DNA of 64,000 nucleotides, taken from the IMG/VR virus record IMGVR_UViG_3300034106_001169; one strand, written 5' to 3'. Each line of letters begins with the position of its first letter. Position 1 is the stretch's first letter. The stretch comes from a virus. Lineage: Duplodnaviria; Heunggongvirae; Uroviricota; Caudoviricetes. Below, in pieces: positions 44,986 to 54,445 of the stretch. Below the pieces are notes generated by a model that had not been told where the DNA came from, made no database searches, and saw only the letters and a list, made by a program, of their open reading frames with translations. A program made the position numbers and the translations under genes.

Positions 44986-46235
44986 TATAAATACTGTTTG
45001 AATATATTTGTTATTCCTTCATCATAATCAATTAGGAATCCTGTAACTTCTGCTTTAGACATCGTATGACCATTCTTATCATCCCATAGACTCTTAGCAT
45101 TTGAGAATGCTGGGATCTGGTAAAATTTAATACCATTGAAATCATGACTCACTTCATGGTGTTTGTCTCCTGTGAATATATAGAACTTATCATGGTAAGA
45201 CCACCCTGCTCTATATTCTATTGGAAACAATGCAGCAAGCTTTGCAGGTTTAATAGCATCTCCATGATTAAACATCAATGCTGATTGACCATAGCTTACA
45301 TACTTTCTATACTTAGGAGAACAATCAAATGTTACTCTCCCTGTATTTCTAAAGTAGGTTTGTAACCAATTAACCATATGCCATCCTACAAACTCATCAT
45401 GATTACCTGCTACATATACTACCTTCACTTCATGACCATACTGTAATAACATTGTAATCATTAAGATCTCATGTCCACAGATATACTCAAAAGAAGTGTG
45501 ATATGTGTGAGTGTTTGTTTGAGGAGTTCCTTTTGTAGTCATACCAGTGTATTCACTATTGAACTCATCAGATCCAATGATATATGTAATTTGTTCTAAG
45601 TTATTTGAAAGCTGAGCTTGGTTAGCTATCAACTCCACCTTGTACATGATATGAGCTAGTCTATTAGTAACATCATTGTTACCATCTATGTCATATTTGT
45701 TCAAGTGAGAGTCTTGTTTGTTGATGACTAACATACCTTTTGGTTTGTCAAAGTCAACCTTAGGACTCATAACCTCTTGACTTACAGGCTTATATGAAGC
45801 TAAAAAGTCTACAAACGCATCTTGAAAAACTTGTTCTGTAGACTTCTTCCCTAACCAGGCTTTGACTTGCCAATGTGGATTCCCACCATTTCCCCAGTAG
45901 TTCTGTACGTACTTGGTGATTTCCCATTTGTCTGTGTCAATCTTACACTTTACTATGAGCTCATCTAAGCTCTTAATTTCATCTTTTGTATTGAAGACAA
46001 TCTCTCCTGTTCCTTTAGCTATATCCTCTTCAAATCTCACTATTGTTTCCTCTAGCTCAGAAACATAGTTACCTACCTCTGCCACTTCTTCAACAAGTTC
46101 TCTATTTCTTAACTCTATCAACAACTCATCAACCTCTGATTCTGTAATTCCAAGCTTGTCAGCGTAGAACTTTTTACTCTTTTTCCAATGTAGGATTTCT
46201 TCTAGCTGGTTTAGTAATGCTTGATTCTCAGGCAT
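44985..46235 (-). CDS. Calcineurin-like metallophosphoesterase domain protein
   Basis: Ordered motifs IIGSDEF, VYVAGNHDEF (the GNHD/E motif), MFNHGD and FTGDKHHEVSHD match the metallophosphatase signature set. Confidence 0.5.
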   Translation of the reverse strand: MPENQALLNQLEEILHWKKSKKFYADKLGITESEVDELLIELRNRELVEEVAEVGNYVSELEETIVRFEEDIAKGTGEIVFNTKDEIKSLDELIVKCKIDTDKWEITKYVQNYWGNGGNPHWQVKAWLGKKSTEQVFQDAFVDFLASYKPVSQEVMSPKVDFDKPKGMLVINKQDSHLNKYDIDGNNDVTNRLAHIMYKVELIANQAQLSNNLEQITYIIGSDEFNSEYTGMTTKGTPQTNTHTYHTSFEYICGHEILMITMLLQYGHEVKVVYVAGNHDEFVGWHMVNWLQTYFRNTGRVTFDCSPKYRKYVSYGQSALMFNHGDAIKPAKLAALFPIEYRAGWSYHDKFYIFTGDKHHEVSHDFNGIKFYQIPAFSNAKSLWDDKNGHTMSKAEVTGFLIDYDEGITNIFKQYL

Positions 46236-46349
46236 ATGTAGTTTATTTTGGTTAAAATTATTGTAAAGATAGGAACTATTTCTGAATTTCCCAAAAATAA
46301 GTTAACTATTTTGGTTATATACAATAACTTTTTTAGTTATAGTTAAAAC

Positions 46350-46409
46350 AAAAACTCCCAGGGTGGAAACCCTAGGAGAACTCCCTGTAAACCAACAAAC
46401 AGGGTTTTT
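46350..46409 (-). terminator. Rho-independent terminator pair (back-to-back hairpins with U-runs on both strands)
   Basis: Minus-strand RNA has CUCCUAGGG-UUUCCA-CCCUGGGAG (9-bp stem with one U·G pair) followed by UUUUU, about 40 nt after the stop of 46419..46982. The adjacent CCCTGT-aaaccaacaaa-ACAGGG TTTTT reads as a plus-strand terminator. Confidence 0.5.
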
Positions 46410-46418
46410 AAAATTGTA

Positions 46419-46982
46419 TTAGCATTGGAACTCATAATATTCAAAGGTGCCACTTATAAGCTTCCAAGATATATTCTCTGAATCATAGAATAAAGCAGTG
46501 ATAGGAGCACCTACAGCGTTTCTAGCAATTGCTGTACATGTTATAGAACTGCCTCCTCCTAGGCCTGCAAACGAGTCACCATTGGCTACAAATAAGGCAT
46601 AGTCAGAAGCATCTAAGAATATTCTTAAAATTGAACCTGTAGGACATCCATCATATCCAGCATAACGTCCTATATCAGCTAAATATAATTCATCTGGATT
46701 AGGGGTTGTAGACGTAGAAGTTGTGCTTGTGCTACTTGTAGAAGTGGTGGTGGTTGTTGGAGCTCCAGATACAATTAAGTAAAGGTCTCTTTGACAAACT
46801 CCTGTAGATCTTACAAGAACTTCTGTAGTTCCATCTGGAGCTAGGCTTGAAGTATATCCAGCAATAAGAGCTGCTCTAGAAATACCAGTTTCAAATGCTG
46901 TTGTGTAACCATCTGCATTTGAGTATAAGTTGAATGGACCTGTATCAGATCCTGCTAGGGTAAGTGTTATTAATACTGTCAT
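46419..46982 (-). CDS. Hypothetical structural protein with Ser/Thr-rich linker (187 aa)
   Basis: N-domain paralogous to 36315..37181. It has TTTTTSTSSTSTTSTSTTPNPDE, and is followed by a strong terminator. Confidence 0.5.
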   Translation of the reverse strand: MTVLITLTLAGSDTGPFNLYSNADGYTTAFETGISRAALIAGYTSSLAPDGTTEVLVRSTGVCQRDLYLIVSGAPTTTTTSTSSTSTTSTSTTPNPDELYLADIGRYAGYDGCPTGSILRIFLDASDYALFVANGDSFAGLGGGSSITCTAIARNAVGAPITALFYDSENISWKLISGTFEYYEFQC

Positions 46983-46993
46983 TATTATTATTG

Positions 46994-47920
46994 TTATGGT
47001 CTTACTAAAACTAAAAATCCTCGTCTAAATCCTGCACCATCTCCTAAGTTTATACTATAGAAATATGTTCCGTCAATAGCATCTACTCCTACATTATTGT
47101 ACTTACCATTCCAAGGAACATATACAGCTCCTGAAAAATTAGCATACCAAACATTTTGACTTATATCAAAAATTTCCCATACTGCATTTGGATAACACGT
47201 ATAGTTTAAAAGTTCCCATGTACCACCTCTTTTGCCTTGCCATTGCCATGTGTCATCTATACCATCACCATTGGGAGAAAATCCCCCTGAAAATAATATC
47301 TGTGTATATGCACATGGTCCTGGAGGTGGGGGAGGTGGTAAAGAACAACCTCCACTAATTCCAAGAGGTGATGATATCAATTGTATATTAGTTGATGTAC
47401 TATAACAAGAACCATCACATACACCTGACATTGCACAGTTCCTATATGTATAAGTTCCAAATTGTCCAAATCCTTGATATTGACCTGCATTTACATTAAG
47501 ATTTGTAATAAGTGTATCACTTATTTGATAAGGAGGAACATCTTCTTGTTCAAAATAATCATACTGAACTTCAAAAGTTAAAGTAGTTGGTGTATAATAA
47601 GCATTGCCAAACTGATCAATAAGAGATATTGTCCAAGTCTCAAATGTATCTGTATAACCATTACAACCTGGATACAAGTTATTAGTTATAGTTAAATTAT
47701 AACAAAGTAAAAATGGTGTAGTTTGTGGAACTATATCCTGATATGGAGGAAGTCTATTTCCAGTATATCCAGATAATGCAGCTGTATCTGCATAATAATT
47801 TGTAAGAATAAAGTCTTTTGTAGCACATTGATTTCCACTAGGAGGATTTGCTCCTGGTTTTTGAATTAATCCCATTGTGGTTAAATCTGTATATGTTACT
47901 AAAGCATTATTTGTTTTCAT
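46994..47920 (-). CDS. Structural protein with C-terminal T9SS type-B (gliding-motility-associated) C-terminal-domain-like module
   Basis: C-terminus is FSGGFSPNGDGIDDTWQWQG…VWEIFDISQNVWYANFSGAVYVPWNGKYNN…GTYFYSINLGDGAGFRRGFLVLVRP. This matches the FxPNGDGxND…W.G…G.Y.Y…G hallmark of Bacteroidota CHU_C/T9SS type-B sorting domains. It is preceded by a PPPPPPGP linker. Confidence 0.55.
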   Translation of the reverse strand: MKTNNALVTYTDLTTMGLIQKPGANPPSGNQCATKDFILTNYYADTAALSGYTGNRLPPYQDIVPQTTPFLLCYNLTITNNLYPGCNGYTDTFETWTISLIDQFGNAYYTPTTLTFEVQYDYFEQEDVPPYQISDTLITNLNVNAGQYQGFGQFGTYTYRNCAMSGVCDGSCYSTSTNIQLISSPLGISGGCSLPPPPPPGPCAYTQILFSGGFSPNGDGIDDTWQWQGKRGGTWELLNYTCYPNAVWEIFDISQNVWYANFSGAVYVPWNGKYNNVGVDAIDGTYFYSINLGDGAGFRRGFLVLVRP

Positions 47921-47935
47921 TTAACTACAATTGGT

Positions 47936-49495
47936 TTATAATATACAAGCTCCATTACAAGTTGTGGCAGATGGAAGAGTAAGTAATATTGGAGTACTAC
48001 CTGAACTAGTTGATTGTGTTATTTGATAAACAAATCCAGTTACACCTATATCTGCATAGAATCTATTTATTATAACAGAAGTTCCAGTTGGAAATCCTAC
48101 TAGTACATTTGTACTTGTTATATTACAACCTGAACAATTATATTCATCTGCTAAATAATAATCATAATTTGGATTTGCTGTGGTAGATGTTGTAGTTGTA
48201 GTGGTACCAGGAATATCAAGAAATCTTGACTTACTTAATCCTCCAAAAGTATAAGCTGTTGGAATAGATTGTGACGCCCAACTTGACCATGTTATACCAT
48301 TGTTATAAGTTATTTGAGCACTGTCTATATATGTTATCAATGCATAAGTTCCATCTGAATTAACAAATACTCCTCCTGGTGTTTGTCCAATTGCTGGAGC
48401 ACTTGGATTTGTATCAAAGACAGTAAAGCTAACACCATAATTTGTAGAGAAGTAAAATTTATTTAATGTATTATTAGTATTAACTAATGCTACTAACATA
48501 TACTGTCCATTCTCAGACATATCACAATAGAGTGCTCTATCATATTGATCATATGTTTTTTCAATAAATGATGCACCATAGTTAGAAGATAAATATATCC
48601 TTCCTTCTCCTTGTGTATTACCTGTACCAAAACTAGACATTTGTGATAATAATTGATATTGTCCTGAAGTATTTATAGCTACATCTGTCCAATATTTTAA
48701 ATTATAATCACCACTAACACTAAATGACACTCCAAAGTTAGAAGACTTAATTATTCTAGATCCCCAATCAAATGAGTTATTTTGTTTATTTACAACACAT
48801 GTAATATATCTACCATCACCAGAACATGCTATTTTTGGATAAGGAATTTCTATAAGTTCATTAGAACCAATAGCAGAATAGTAAATTTCACTCCAAGTAA
48901 CTCCATAGTTAGATGATTTACATATAGATGGTCCTACTGTGTTACTACCATATGTAATTATATACATATATTGACCATCGCTTGAAACAGCTGTTCCAAC
49001 AATACTTTGAATTGAACTAGGTGATGCTGGTAATGAACATGAACGTGTTGTCCATGTTACTCCATAATCACTTGAGACTTTTATATTATTAGTTTGTGTA
49101 CCTGTTAATACATATTGTCCTCTACCACTTCTAGAAACACTATATCCAGTAACAGTAGTACTTGACCATGTTACACCTGAGTTACTTGAATATATTACAG
49201 TTCCATAGGTTGGTACACCTGGTGGAGTATAAGGATTTACGTCATCAACTCCATATATTCTATTAGAATATAAAAGAGGATCCAAATCACTTTTAACAAC
49301 TAGTTGATTAGCAGATTTACTAGAAAAGCTTGGATAGGAAGTATTTAAGGCAACATAAGATGATGCCTCAGTTTTAGTTATTTGTTTTTGACTTACAGGA
49401 ATAGTAGAGGTAGGAATAAATACACCAGTATCTACACCATCCTGAAGATTATTACAAGAAACTGTTTGATTACTTGCTATGCCTGACCAACTCAT
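47936..49495 (-). CDS. BNR/Asp-box repeat beta-propeller protein (sialidase/Ycf48-like fold), likely a tail receptor-binding or glycan-binding protein
   Basis: At least seven SxDxGxTW-type repeats: SSNSGVTWSS, SSDYGVTWTT, SSNYGVTWSE, SSNFGVSFSV, SSNYGASFIE, STNYGVSFTV, YNNGITWSS. Confidence 0.65.
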   Translation of the reverse strand: MSWSGIASNQTVSCNNLQDGVDTGVFIPTSTIPVSQKQITKTEASSYVALNTSYPSFSSKSANQLVVKSDLDPLLYSNRIYGVDDVNPYTPPGVPTYGTVIYSSNSGVTWSSTTVTGYSVSRSGRGQYVLTGTQTNNIKVSSDYGVTWTTRSCSLPASPSSIQSIVGTAVSSDGQYMYIITYGSNTVGPSICKSSNYGVTWSEIYYSAIGSNELIEIPYPKIACSGDGRYITCVVNKQNNSFDWGSRIIKSSNFGVSFSVSGDYNLKYWTDVAINTSGQYQLLSQMSSFGTGNTQGEGRIYLSSNYGASFIEKTYDQYDRALYCDMSENGQYMLVALVNTNNTLNKFYFSTNYGVSFTVFDTNPSAPAIGQTPGGVFVNSDGTYALITYIDSAQITYNNGITWSSWASQSIPTAYTFGGLSKSRFLDIPGTTTTTTSTTANPNYDYYLADEYNCSGCNITSTNVLVGFPTGTSVIINRFYADIGVTGFVYQITQSTSSGSTPILLTLPSATTCNGACIL

Positions 49496-51114
49496 TATTT
49501 ATTTAATTTAGCTTCTAACTCAGCAATACGTTTTTCTAGTTGAGCAATCTTCCAGCTATGTACTTGTGTATAATCCACTACTAAGAAACCATCATCTTTT
49601 ACTTCTATAGCATCAGGAAGAAACTGTTGTACTTGTTGTGCTATGTATCCCCAGTGTTGTTTAGTATCTCTTTCTGGATTATTCCAAGCATACATTACAG
49701 TTTCTATATTTTCTGATTGAATAGCACCTAAAACAGTTTTAAGTCTTAAGTCAGAGTTTTGGAAGAAAGAGTCTGCATATATTGAATTACCACTTACATA
49801 TACACTTGAGTTTGTAAATCCAGAGTTTGCGTTAGTACATATAACTATTGCTCCTGCAGTTGCTGGAGAGATAGTTGTAAATCCAGGACCAGTTGGGCCA
49901 GTAGGGCCAGTTGCTCCTTGGGGACCTTGGGCACCTTGAGGACCAGTAGGACCAGGTCCTCCTGTTGCTCCTTGAGGTCCTGTAGCTCCCTGTGGTCCAG
50001 TTGGACCAGGACCTCCTGTTAAACCTTGTGGTCCAGTAGCTCCTTGTGGACCTTGAGGGCCAGTGGGACCAGCAGCACCAGAAGTACCAGCTGTTCCTGT
50101 TGCACCACTAGAGCCAGTAGCTCCAGATGTGCCAGCTGTTCCTGTACTAGTTCCTGCTGTAGCTGATGTACCAGAACTAGCTGATGTACCTGCTGTACCT
50201 GATGTACCTGCTGGTCCAATAGAACCAGAAGTACCACTTGTACCATTACCACCAGCAGCTCCAAATAAGTTTACAGTCCAAGCTGCATATATTCCTGAAC
50301 CTGTTGTTGCTATTATATTAACAACCATAGCACCTGTAAGACTATCATAGCTTGTAACAGTGCCTTCCATTGTATTAGAACCATCATATGCCAAAAGTAT
50401 TGTTTGAGCAACACTATAAGCTAATCCTGTACCAGTAGTTAAAGTTTGAGTACCATTTCCTATTGTTAAAGATGTGACAGAAGATGATAGGTATCTATCT
50501 CCATCTAAACCAGCTGTACCAGAAGTACCTGCTGGTCCTATTGAACCTGACGTTCCTGCTGTTCCTGCTGGTCCTATTGAGCCTGACGTACCAGACGTAC
50601 CCATTGTACCATCTGCAGCAGATGTACCTGAACTTCCTGAACTTCCAGAAAGACCAGAAGAAGCAGATGTACCATTAGTTCCAGAAAGACCAGCAGAACC
50701 TGATGTACCATTAGAACCTTCTCTACCAGAACTTCCAGATGTTCCACTAGAACCAGTGTCACCACTTGTACCAGATGAACCAGCAGCACCACTAGCACCT
50801 GAGCTACCTGAAGTGCCAGATGAACCACCAGGTCCTGTAGCACCTGAACTTCCAGATGTACCAGCAGTGCCTGTAAGACCACTAGAACCAGAAGTTCCAG
50901 AAGTACCATTAATACCAACAACACCATTGCAAAGAGCGTCATCTATTTTTGATAGAGCACAGTCTAAGTTATCTCCAGTGTGAATTCCTGAACAAGGAAG
51001 GTTTGGTCCATTATATATAACATTACCTGCTGTGGTTGCACAAGGAAGTGAACTACAGTTTTGGTTAGGATGATAGTAAGCATTGTAACAAGGATCTCCA
51101 GGATTGCAAGCCAT
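49495..51114 (-). CDS. Collagen-like tail fibre with C-terminal S74-like intramolecular chaperone domain
   Basis: Cys-rich N-terminus [14 protein letters not shown]…, Gly-X-Y runs including [28 protein letters not shown]…, internal [14 protein letters not shown]…[13 protein letters not shown]…AAWTVNLFG module, C-terminal [14 protein letters not shown]… (SDxRxK signature) and ELEAKLNK. Confidence 0.75.
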   Translation of the reverse strand: MACNPGDPCYNAYYHPNQNCSSLPCATTAGNVIYNGPNLPCSGIHTGDNLDCALSKIDDALCNGVVGINGTSGTSGSSGLTGTAGTSGSSGATGPGGSSGTSGSSGASGAAGSSGTSGDTGSSGTSGSSGREGSNGTSGSAGLSGTNGTSASSGLSGSSGSSGTSAADGTMGTSGTSGSIGPAGTAGTSGSIGPAGTSGTAGLDGDRYLSSSVTSLTIGNGTQTLTTGTGLAYSVAQTILLAYDGSNTMEGTVTSYDSLTGAMVVNIIATTGSGIYAAWTVNLFGAAGGNGTSGTSGSIGPAGTSGTAGTSASSGTSATAGTSTGTAGTSGATGSSGATGTAGTSGAAGPTGPQGPQGATGPQGLTGGPGPTGPQGATGPQGATGGPGPTGPQGAQGPQGATGPTGPTGPGFTTISPATAGAIVICTNANSGFTNSSVYVSGNSIYADSFFQNSDLRLKTVLGAIQSENIETVMYAWNNPERDTKQHWGYIAQQVQQFLPDAIEVKDDGFLVVDYTQVHSWKIAQLEKRIAELEAKLNK

Positions 51115-51135
51115 TTTATAATTAGTTTAATAAGA

Positions 51136-52221
51136 TTAAGGAATATACATAATATAATATGCAGCTATGACAGGTTGAATATTTGCGTGAGCTGCCCCAC
51201 CACCTGTATTAGCATTTGTAACACTTGTAGTTATATCAACAGTAAGACTAACACTACTAGTATCTCTAGCTAGAGGCACAGAAGTTCTACTTCCATCTCC
51301 TTGTCCTGAAGGAGCTTGAACTCCTGCATAACTATGGCTATGAGGATTTGGGGAAATAGTACCAACAGATGTAGCAGTTGCACTATGTGAGTGAGAAGGC
51401 ATCTGTGATGCAATAAGCGTCACTGTATTTGCTCCAGCTGTATTAAATATTGCATAGTTTGGATTACCAGGATTTGCAGGATTAACTGCAGCATCTAATG
51501 GACCACCTGGAACATTTTGAATAGCTCCAACACCAACACGTCCTCTTTTATCAGGAGTGCCATTTAAGCCATTGCATAGATTTACCTTATAGAAACCAGC
51601 AGAATTTAAGCCTGCACCTGTTCCATCAAAGTTAGTTAATGGTCCATAGTATTCATATGCTACATATGGAACCATTTTTAAATTTTGTTGGTTTGAACCA
51701 CCACCACCTTGACTAGCTAAATAAGCTGCAATCAAAGCATCTAAATCTGCTAGCTTAACATAGTTTGTATCTACATCAAGTGTAAGAGCAGCAAGATCAG
51801 TGACAGTTAGACAAAGCTTATTTATAATAGCTTGGACAATAGCATGAGTGTCAGAAGAAGCAGTTACTCCTGTAAGACAACCTATTGTGTAATTAGCATT
51901 AAGTATAGTTAATATATCATCAATAGTAAATATTTGTGCTTGTAAGCTACATATAGCTGATACTGTAGCAGTAAATAACTCTTGAGTGTTTGGTGTATGA
52001 GCAGGTAAATATAAATCAACTATAGGACAAGATATATTTAATGCAATAGCATCTCCTTCTCCTGATAATAAAGGAACCAAAGCATTCATTATGGCTTGTT
52101 CAACAGAAACTAAATTGTCTCCTGTTTCAACACCTAGTGCCTCATAGTTTATACCTGTATATCTAACACATTCATCAGATACTGTCTGAACACATCCATT
52201 ATAACAACTTTCGCAAGACAT
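51136..52221 (-). CDS. Phage tail-collar-domain fibre protein
   Basis: C-terminal LCNGLNGTPDKRGRVGVGA…NTVTLIASQMPSHSHS…GGGAAHANIQPVIAAYYIMYIP matches the tail-collar domain pattern (…PDLRGRF…, …LT.aQ.PaHtH…, …hnN.QPy..lnyiI). The N-terminus MSCESCYNGC is Cys-rich like the adjacent fibres. Confidence 0.7.
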   Translation of the reverse strand: MSCESCYNGCVQTVSDECVRYTGINYEALGVETGDNLVSVEQAIMNALVPLLSGEGDAIALNISCPIVDLYLPAHTPNTQELFTATVSAICSLQAQIFTIDDILTILNANYTIGCLTGVTASSDTHAIVQAIINKLCLTVTDLAALTLDVDTNYVKLADLDALIAAYLASQGGGGSNQQNLKMVPYVAYEYYGPLTNFDGTGAGLNSAGFYKVNLCNGLNGTPDKRGRVGVGAIQNVPGGPLDAAVNPANPGNPNYAIFNTAGANTVTLIASQMPSHSHSATATSVGTISPNPHSHSYAGVQAPSGQGDGSRTSVPLARDTSSVSLTVDITTSVTNANTGGGAAHANIQPVIAAYYIMYIP

Positions 52222-52229
52222 GGTTTAAT

Positions 52230-52505
52230 TTATTTATGAATTAACACTTTAACTCTGCTCACCACTTGAGAGGTAGTGGGAAGCCCACACACCATAGCAT
52301 AGTTAGGAGTACAAAGTCTATATGTTAATATTTGTTTGTAATGTAATAAATCATCAATTATCTCTCCAGGAATATAATTGTTCATGGAGAAGATAATATT
52401 ATTATACTGGCGATTTGCCCAGTAAGTTAATCTTTCATCAATTTGTAATAGTGTAGCAGGGATGCTAGCATCAACTACACAATCTGTTAATCTTGGTGAT
52501 AACAT
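52230..52505 (-). CDS. Hypothetical small protein (91 aa)
   Basis: ORF only; no motif. Confidence 0.35.
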   Translation of the reverse strand: MLSPRLTDCVVDASIPATLLQIDERLTYWANRQYNNIIFSMNNYIPGEIIDDLLHYKQILTYRLCTPNYAMVCGLPTTSQVVSRVKVLIHK

Positions 52506-52618
52506 CTTTTATTCTTTTTGTAGCGTTTTTAAGTTTGTTGTTGCATGCTGAGCATAGGCCATTAATCAATTGACAGCCACAGCCCACCTTCATACCACAT
52601 CCTCTACAGTTTGCCATA

Positions 52619-53176
52619 TTAAGGGAAATTAATTACATAGTTGTTTCCTGTACAACCACATTGGTTTGCAATAAAATAATCCAATTGTCTATTGGCTTGG
52701 ACATATAATTTATTGGCTGTATCAATAGCACAGTTATTAGCTGCTGCTATAGAGCCTTGAATCATATACCAAATACTATTCAATACTACTTTTGACTGGG
52801 TTCTTATAGCTGAATCACATTCCATCATGTCAAGCTTCATAAATGCACTATCAAACTTTTCTTGAATAAGTTCAGTACGCATAATGTTCTTCTCTACAAA
52901 GTTTGTAGTAGCTGGGGCAACTGAATATTTCATGAAATAAATTCCATCAGGCAATGGTGTCACTGCTGGGAATGGACTTAATCCTAAAATAATTGAGTTG
53001 TAAACATTAAAGCTATTCACATTGAATGGAATAGAAACAGGTGTAGTAAAACCAGGAACAGTAATTTGCATAGTAGGAGCACTCACATTAGGTGGATTTG
53101 TATCATAAACAGATATATCAGCCACACCAAGTGTTTGTGTGTTATATGTGTTGATTACTAAAAAATCTAATATCAT
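52619..53176 (-). CDS. Hypothetical protein (185 aa)
   Basis: ORF in the structural block, preceded (upstream in transcription) by a terminator hairpin. Confidence 0.45.
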   Translation of the reverse strand: MILDFLVINTYNTQTLGVADISVYDTNPPNVSAPTMQITVPGFTTPVSIPFNVNSFNVYNSIILGLSPFPAVTPLPDGIYFMKYSVAPATTNFVEKNIMRTELIQEKFDSAFMKLDMMECDSAIRTQSKVVLNSIWYMIQGSIAAANNCAIDTANKLYVQANRQLDYFIANQCGCTGNNYVINFP

Positions 53177-53187
53177 GGTTTTTGATA

Positions 53188-53230
53188 ATAAAAATGCCAG
53201 AGGATTTGAGATATCCTCTCACCCTCTGGC
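53188..53230 (-). terminator. Rho-independent terminator downstream of 53259..54419
   Basis: Minus-strand RNA has GCCAGAGG…(nested GAGGAU/AUCCUC)…CCUCUGGC followed by AUUUUUAUUAU. There is no U-run on the plus-strand side. Confidence 0.5.
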
Positions 53231-53258
53231 ATAGGTTAATATGATGCTACTTTTATTC

Positions 53259-54419
53259 TTAAGGAATCAAAGTAGTTGTTGTTGAAGTACTAGGCCATAC
53301 AGTAGTTGTAGTGCTAGTAGTTGTGATACAAGCAGTATCTCCAGCTACAGCTCCTAAACCAGCTACTAATATAGCTTCGATAGCAGATGTTTGGTTCTCA
53401 GGAACAGCAATGATCACCATGCTATCTTCCATAATATAGTCACCCCATTGGTAAGCACTCTTATCATATTCATTGAATTTGATATAGTACAAATCATAGA
53501 TCTGACCATCAGTTACCCAAGACTCAAAGTTCTCGTTGTAACCATTCATTCTGTAAAGATGCTTCAAGTAACCAGCTTGGTAACTATAGAAGTTCTTCTC
53601 TAATTGTTGAACCTCAGCAGAAGTACCAACAGCATAGTTAGAACGTTGTGTGATAATAGGTTGAGCAACTCTATTACAAGGATCGTCAACAATAAAGTCA
53701 GCAGTTGTAGCTGGACCAGAGAAGATGAAAGTTCTGAAATAGAATCTGTCATACTCAAAAGGGAATGCAGCAACGTCACAAGGTTGTCCATAAGCAGTCA
53801 AAGGTTTACCAGTAATACGTAACAACGCAGATGAATCGTTACCAATTCTTTGGAATTGATAAAATTGATTTAAAGTGATGTTATCAGGGTTATTACCTGG
53901 AGCATCTAACTCTAAATGATAGATAAGATCATCAATTAAAGCAGGAACATCAACGTCTGTACAAGGATCATCACCACATCCAAGACATGGAGCATTAACT
54001 GTTACAGAACGAGTGAAACCATTGAAATACAATGTGTTTAGATAACTAGAGAAACCACGTAAAGTTAATGTTACAATCTCACCAGGTTTTACTGTGAAGT
54101 CAACTACATCAGTTACTTGATTCACTGGAGTAGGACAACCTAAAGATTTGTACCATTCAGTTACGTTTGTTTTACAAGAGTTACCACTAGGACATCCAGC
54201 AATTTTGTCTGAACGCTTAGAACCTTGTAAGTAGGTGTTAACTCTACCTTGAGCTACATAAAAATAAGGGGCAGCAGCAATATTACCTGCTGTTGCAACA
54301 GAATAGTCATTTAGGAATATTCCTACTTGACCTGCTGTTAAGTCTTGTGTTGATCCAGAGCTAGGTAATGTATTTCCTACTGGTACAACAAAGAGGGTGG
54401 TTAGGGAAAAATCAGCCAT
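53259..54419 (-). CDS. Hypothetical virion protein with C-terminal Thr-rich tail (386 aa)
   Basis: Ends in TTTSTTTTVWPSTSTTTTLIP, followed by a terminator. Confidence 0.5.
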   Translation of the reverse strand: MADFSLTTLFVVPVGNTLPSSGSTQDLTAGQVGIFLNDYSVATAGNIAAAPYFYVAQGRVNTYLQGSKRSDKIAGCPSGNSCKTNVTEWYKSLGCPTPVNQVTDVVDFTVKPGEIVTLTLRGFSSYLNTLYFNGFTRSVTVNAPCLGCGDDPCTDVDVPALIDDLIYHLELDAPGNNPDNITLNQFYQFQRIGNDSSALLRITGKPLTAYGQPCDVAAFPFEYDRFYFRTFIFSGPATTADFIVDDPCNRVAQPIITQRSNYAVGTSAEVQQLEKNFYSYQAGYLKHLYRMNGYNENFESWVTDGQIYDLYYIKFNEYDKSAYQWGDYIMEDSMVIIAVPENQTSAIEAILVAGLGAVAGDTACITTTSTTTTVWPSTSTTTTLIP

Positions 54420-54445
54420 TTTGCTTTATATTTAATTGTTAAAAA

